From positions 10,572-74,571 of the forward strand of contig CALLMM010000003.1 in NCBI GenBank assembly GCA_938005745.1: a stretch of DNA of 64,000 bases. The letters are read 5' to 3'. Shown piece by piece: positions 61,659 to 64,000 of the stretch. The DNA is from an uncultured Chthonomonadales bacterium. Lineage in GTDB: Bacteria > Armatimonadota > Chthonomonadetes > Chthonomonadales > CAJBBX01. The translations under genes and the position numbers were made by a program. Within the stretch, counting starts at the first letter, position 1; the number at the start of each line of letters is the position of its first letter. The notes below the pieces were generated by a model. The model saw only the letters and a list, made by a program, of their open reading frames with translations, was not told the origin of the DNA and did not search any database.

Positions 61659-63527
61659 GTGGCTTATCAAACACCCGTCAGTTCGATCCCTCTACTGCAG
61701 GACCCGCCGTTCATACTGTTGATGCTCTGGCTTGCATGCGCGATCGGCTATCGCGCCCTGCGAGTTCTGAAAGCTCCTCTCTCTGATGTCTCCCCGCTGG
61801 AAAAGGGCGTTCTATCCGCCGCTCTCGGTCTCGGTCTTCTTCAGTATGTCGGCTACACGCTGGGAATGGCGGGCGCGCTCTCCCCGAAGTCGGTCTGGAT
61901 CAGCCTGATCGCGCTGCTGGCGGTCTTCGGCTGCGATATGTTTCATGTCGCGCGCGGATTCGGTCGCGCCGTCCGCCAGTTCTGGCACTCTCCTCCTCCA
62001 CGCTGGATACGCTTCGGTCTTCTCACACTGCTTGTTCCTCTGCTGATCGCCTTCCTCCTTGCGTTATGTCCGCCGACCGATGCGGACGGGATCGGCTATC
62101 ATCTCACCGCCCCCAGACGCTGGCTTCAGGAGGGCAGGATCACCTATCTGCCAACCTTCACCTATACCAGCTCGCCGATGGGCTTTCAGATGCTCTACCT
62201 GCTTGGACTGGCGGTCTGGAGCGACACGGCGGCGAAGCTGTTCAACTATTTCGCGGGACTGCTCAGCTTCCTGACCCTGTACGCACTGGGGAGGCGGCTG
62301 AGAGACGCGAACGTCGGCTTTTTCTCCGCCTCTCTGTTTCTGTTTGGATTGGGCGGGATACTCGGTACGATCGAACAGTTTACAAACTCATATGTAGATA
62401 TGGGATTGACTCAGCAGATCTGCGCTGCATACCTGGCATGGCTGCTCTGGAGCCGCTCAGGATCGCGAGGCTGGATGCTCTGCTGTGCGCTGTGCGCCGG
62501 TTTTGCCGCCTCCTTCAAATTGACCGGCTCTTTTGTCGGACTGGTCTTCTCAGCGGCTGCGGTCGCGCAGCTGCGGCATGAGAAGCGCGGGTGGGGGAGC
62601 GCGATCGGCGGAGGAGTTCTGTTTCTTCTGCTTGCCTTGCTGCCGGTTGCGCCCTGGCTGATACGCGCCTGGCTGCAGACGGGAAACCCGGTCTACCCGC
62701 TGCTCTCCGGCATCTTCCCGACGCGAGACTGGAGCCCGGATGCCGCGCAGCAGTTCAGCGACTTCTTCAAGTACTACAACTGGGGAACCGGCAGACTCGC
62801 TTCCCTGACGCTGGAGGAGCGGAAGCTGATACGATGGGTTGCGCTGGGACTGACGGTGATGATCACCGGGCTGATGCTCTGGCGCATCAAAGACCGCGAA
62901 CTGCGGACGATGGCAGGCGTAACCGGCGCGCTCGTCATGATTACGATCTGGAATACGGGTCTCTATCTGCGGTTTTTCATCCCGTTGATTGCGGTCACGT
63001 GGGTTCTAATTGTCTGTGCGCTGTCGCCGCTTCTGGAGCGGCGCCCCGTGATCCCGAAAGCGGCGGTGGGGGTGATCGCGCTCTTCGCCCTGCTGTTTAT
63101 CGTGAGGCAGCGGGGATCCATCGCGCCTGCCCTGTCTGTCGTCACGGGAAAGACCACGCGAGAGGAGTATGTGATCTCGAAAATTCCTGCGGCAAAGATC
63201 TGGTTTGATACACGGGGTGAGATCCCGGCAGGCTCCCGAATACTGGCTGCCGGGATTGTGCCCTACTTCTACTGCGACTTTCCCTGCTACTATATGACGG
63301 AGAGCTATTTTCGCACGGACAGCTGGGAGGCGTTTCTGGAAGATCTGCGCCGCGAGAAGATAACCCATCTGGTGCTGACGCCGATGTACTTTCCGGAGGT
63401 ACTGCCCGGCGTTCAGCTGCCCAACCGAATGCTGTTCGTCCGACTGCTGGCGGAGAAGCACGGTCGGTTGATCACGCAGGTACAGGGAGACCGGCTCTAT
63501 GCGCTCTCCGGTCTTTCCGCCCCCTGA
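61659..63527 (+). CDS. Polytopic membrane protein, probable GT-C fold glycosyltransferase
   Basis: 622 aa with at least 12 TM helices. The acidic loop motif CPPTDADGIGYHL follows an early TM bundle, and there is a C-terminal soluble domain. GTG start preceded by AAGGAG. Confidence 0.6.
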   Translation: MAYQTPVSSIPLLQDPPFILLMLWLACAIGYRALRVLKAPLSDVSPLEKGVLSAALGLGLLQYVGYTLGMAGALSPKSVWISLIALLAVFGCDMFHVARGFGRAVRQFWHSPPPRWIRFGLLTLLVPLLIAFLLALCPPTDADGIGYHLTAPRRWLQEGRITYLPTFTYTSSPMGFQMLYLLGLAVWSDTAAKLFNYFAGLLSFLTLYALGRRLRDANVGFFSASLFLFGLGGILGTIEQFTNSYVDMGLTQQICAAYLAWLLWSRSGSRGWMLCCALCAGFAASFKLTGSFVGLVFSAAAVAQLRHEKRGWGSAIGGGVLFLLLALLPVAPWLIRAWLQTGNPVYPLLSGIFPTRDWSPDAAQQFSDFFKYYNWGTGRLASLTLEERKLIRWVALGLTVMITGLMLWRIKDRELRTMAGVTGALVMITIWNTGLYLRFFIPLIAVTWVLIVCALSPLLERRPVIPKAAVGVIALFALLFIVRQRGSIAPALSVVTGKTTREEYVISKIPAAKIWFDTRGEIPAGSRILAAGIVPYFYCDFPCYYMTESYFRTDSWEAFLEDLRREKITHLVLTPMYFPEVLPGVQLPNRMLFVRLLAEKHGRLITQVQGDRLYALSGLSAP

Positions 63528-63555
63528 GCCGGAAGAGAGAACCACTCCATAAACC

Positions 63556-64000
63556 ATGAAACCGAACGCCGAATCGGCATCTCAGAACGACGCAACGCTC
63601 GATGAGGAGACCAGACCTTCCATGACCGGAGTGCTGACAGTGCTCATCCCGGCGTATAATGAGGTCGCCACACTCAGGGAGACTCTGCGCCGGGTGCTGG
63701 AAGTTCCGGTGGAGAAGGAGGTACTGATTGTAGATGACGCCTCCACAGACGGCACGCGCGAGCTGCTCATGAACGAGATCGAGGGGCGATACCCGCAGGT
63801 GCGCGTGATCTATCAGGAGTTCAATCAGGGGAAGGGCGCGGCGATCCGCGCCGGCATACCGTATATTCGCGGGGAGTATGTGATCATACAGGACGCCGAT
63901 CTGGAGTACGACCCGGCGGATTACCCGGCGCTCCTTCAGCCCATTCTGGAGGGAAAGACCAGCATCGTCTACGGCACGCGCTTTCTGAAACAGCGGCCTG
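63556..64000 (+). CDS. Family 2 glycosyltransferase (polyprenyl-phosphate sugar synthase-like), 3'-truncated by window end
   Basis: My own translation from ATG 63556 gives ...VLIPAYNEVATLRETL...VLIVDDASTDGTRE...NQGKGAAIRAG...IIQDADLEYDP.... It is open to the window edge and absent from the ORF track because it has no stop. Confidence 0.8.
   Translation, partial: MKPNAESASQNDATLDEETRPSMTGVLTVLIPAYNEVATLRETLRRVLEVPVEKEVLIVDDASTDGTRELLMNEIEGRYPQVRVIYQEFNQGKGAAIRAGIPYIRGEYVIIQDADLEYDPADYPALLQPILEGKTSIVYGTRFLKQRP

Noticed and set aside
1-64000. CRISPR arrays, IS elements, prophage genes, rRNA, large tandem or dispersed repeats
   Set aside because: Reading both strands, I found no regularly spaced direct repeats, no transposase, integrase or phage structural signatures beyond the Xer recombinase, and no rRNA-like sequence. 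The GC-rich hairpins in intergenic regions are all different from one another.

Overview
GC-rich bacterial chromosomal segment with strong G/C third-position bias and dense coding on both strands. There is no rRNA, CRISPR array, IS element or prophage. I cannot assign a taxon. A PEP-CTERM protein and many exported glycosidases suggest an environmental bacterium with a Gram-negative-type envelope.

Content in order:
- nadE and a GH29 fucosidase.
- A glycolate-oxidation region (2-hydroxyacid dehydrogenase, tRNA-Ser(GGA), glcF-glcE / glcD).
- A sugar-oxidoreductase and glycosidase cluster (ThuA, SDR, Gfo/Idh/MocA, GHL10).
- A PEP-CTERM protein behind a sigma-54-type promoter.
- Isocitrate dehydrogenase and a phosphodiester glycosidase.
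- A five-gene ExeA-like AAA+ / ParA operon.
- An AraC regulator, pdxS and ppk.
- A 12-gene nuo cluster, then a TlpA-like redoxin.
- A six-gene operon of unassignable membrane proteins.
- infC-rpmI-rplT-pheS-pheT.
- A GT-C glycosyltransferase, a Xer recombinase, deoB-deoA, radC, a translin-like gene, a second GT-C, and a truncated GT2.

Most interesting observations:
1. The six-gene membrane operon at 46018-50336. It is bounded by a perfect TTGACA-N17-TATAAT promoter and an intrinsic terminator, and I can assign no function to it.
2. The ExeA-like/ParA/TPR-zinc-ribbon operon, which has no ParB, secretin or pilus partners nearby.
3. The nuo cluster, which lacks nuoB and nuoI and carries a URO-D-family gene between nuoM and nuoN.

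Several near-consensus sigma-70 promoters can be read directly. Two of them imply leaderless or near-leaderless mRNAs (ppk, radC). All functional calls come from motif recognition in the supplied translations; no database search was possible.
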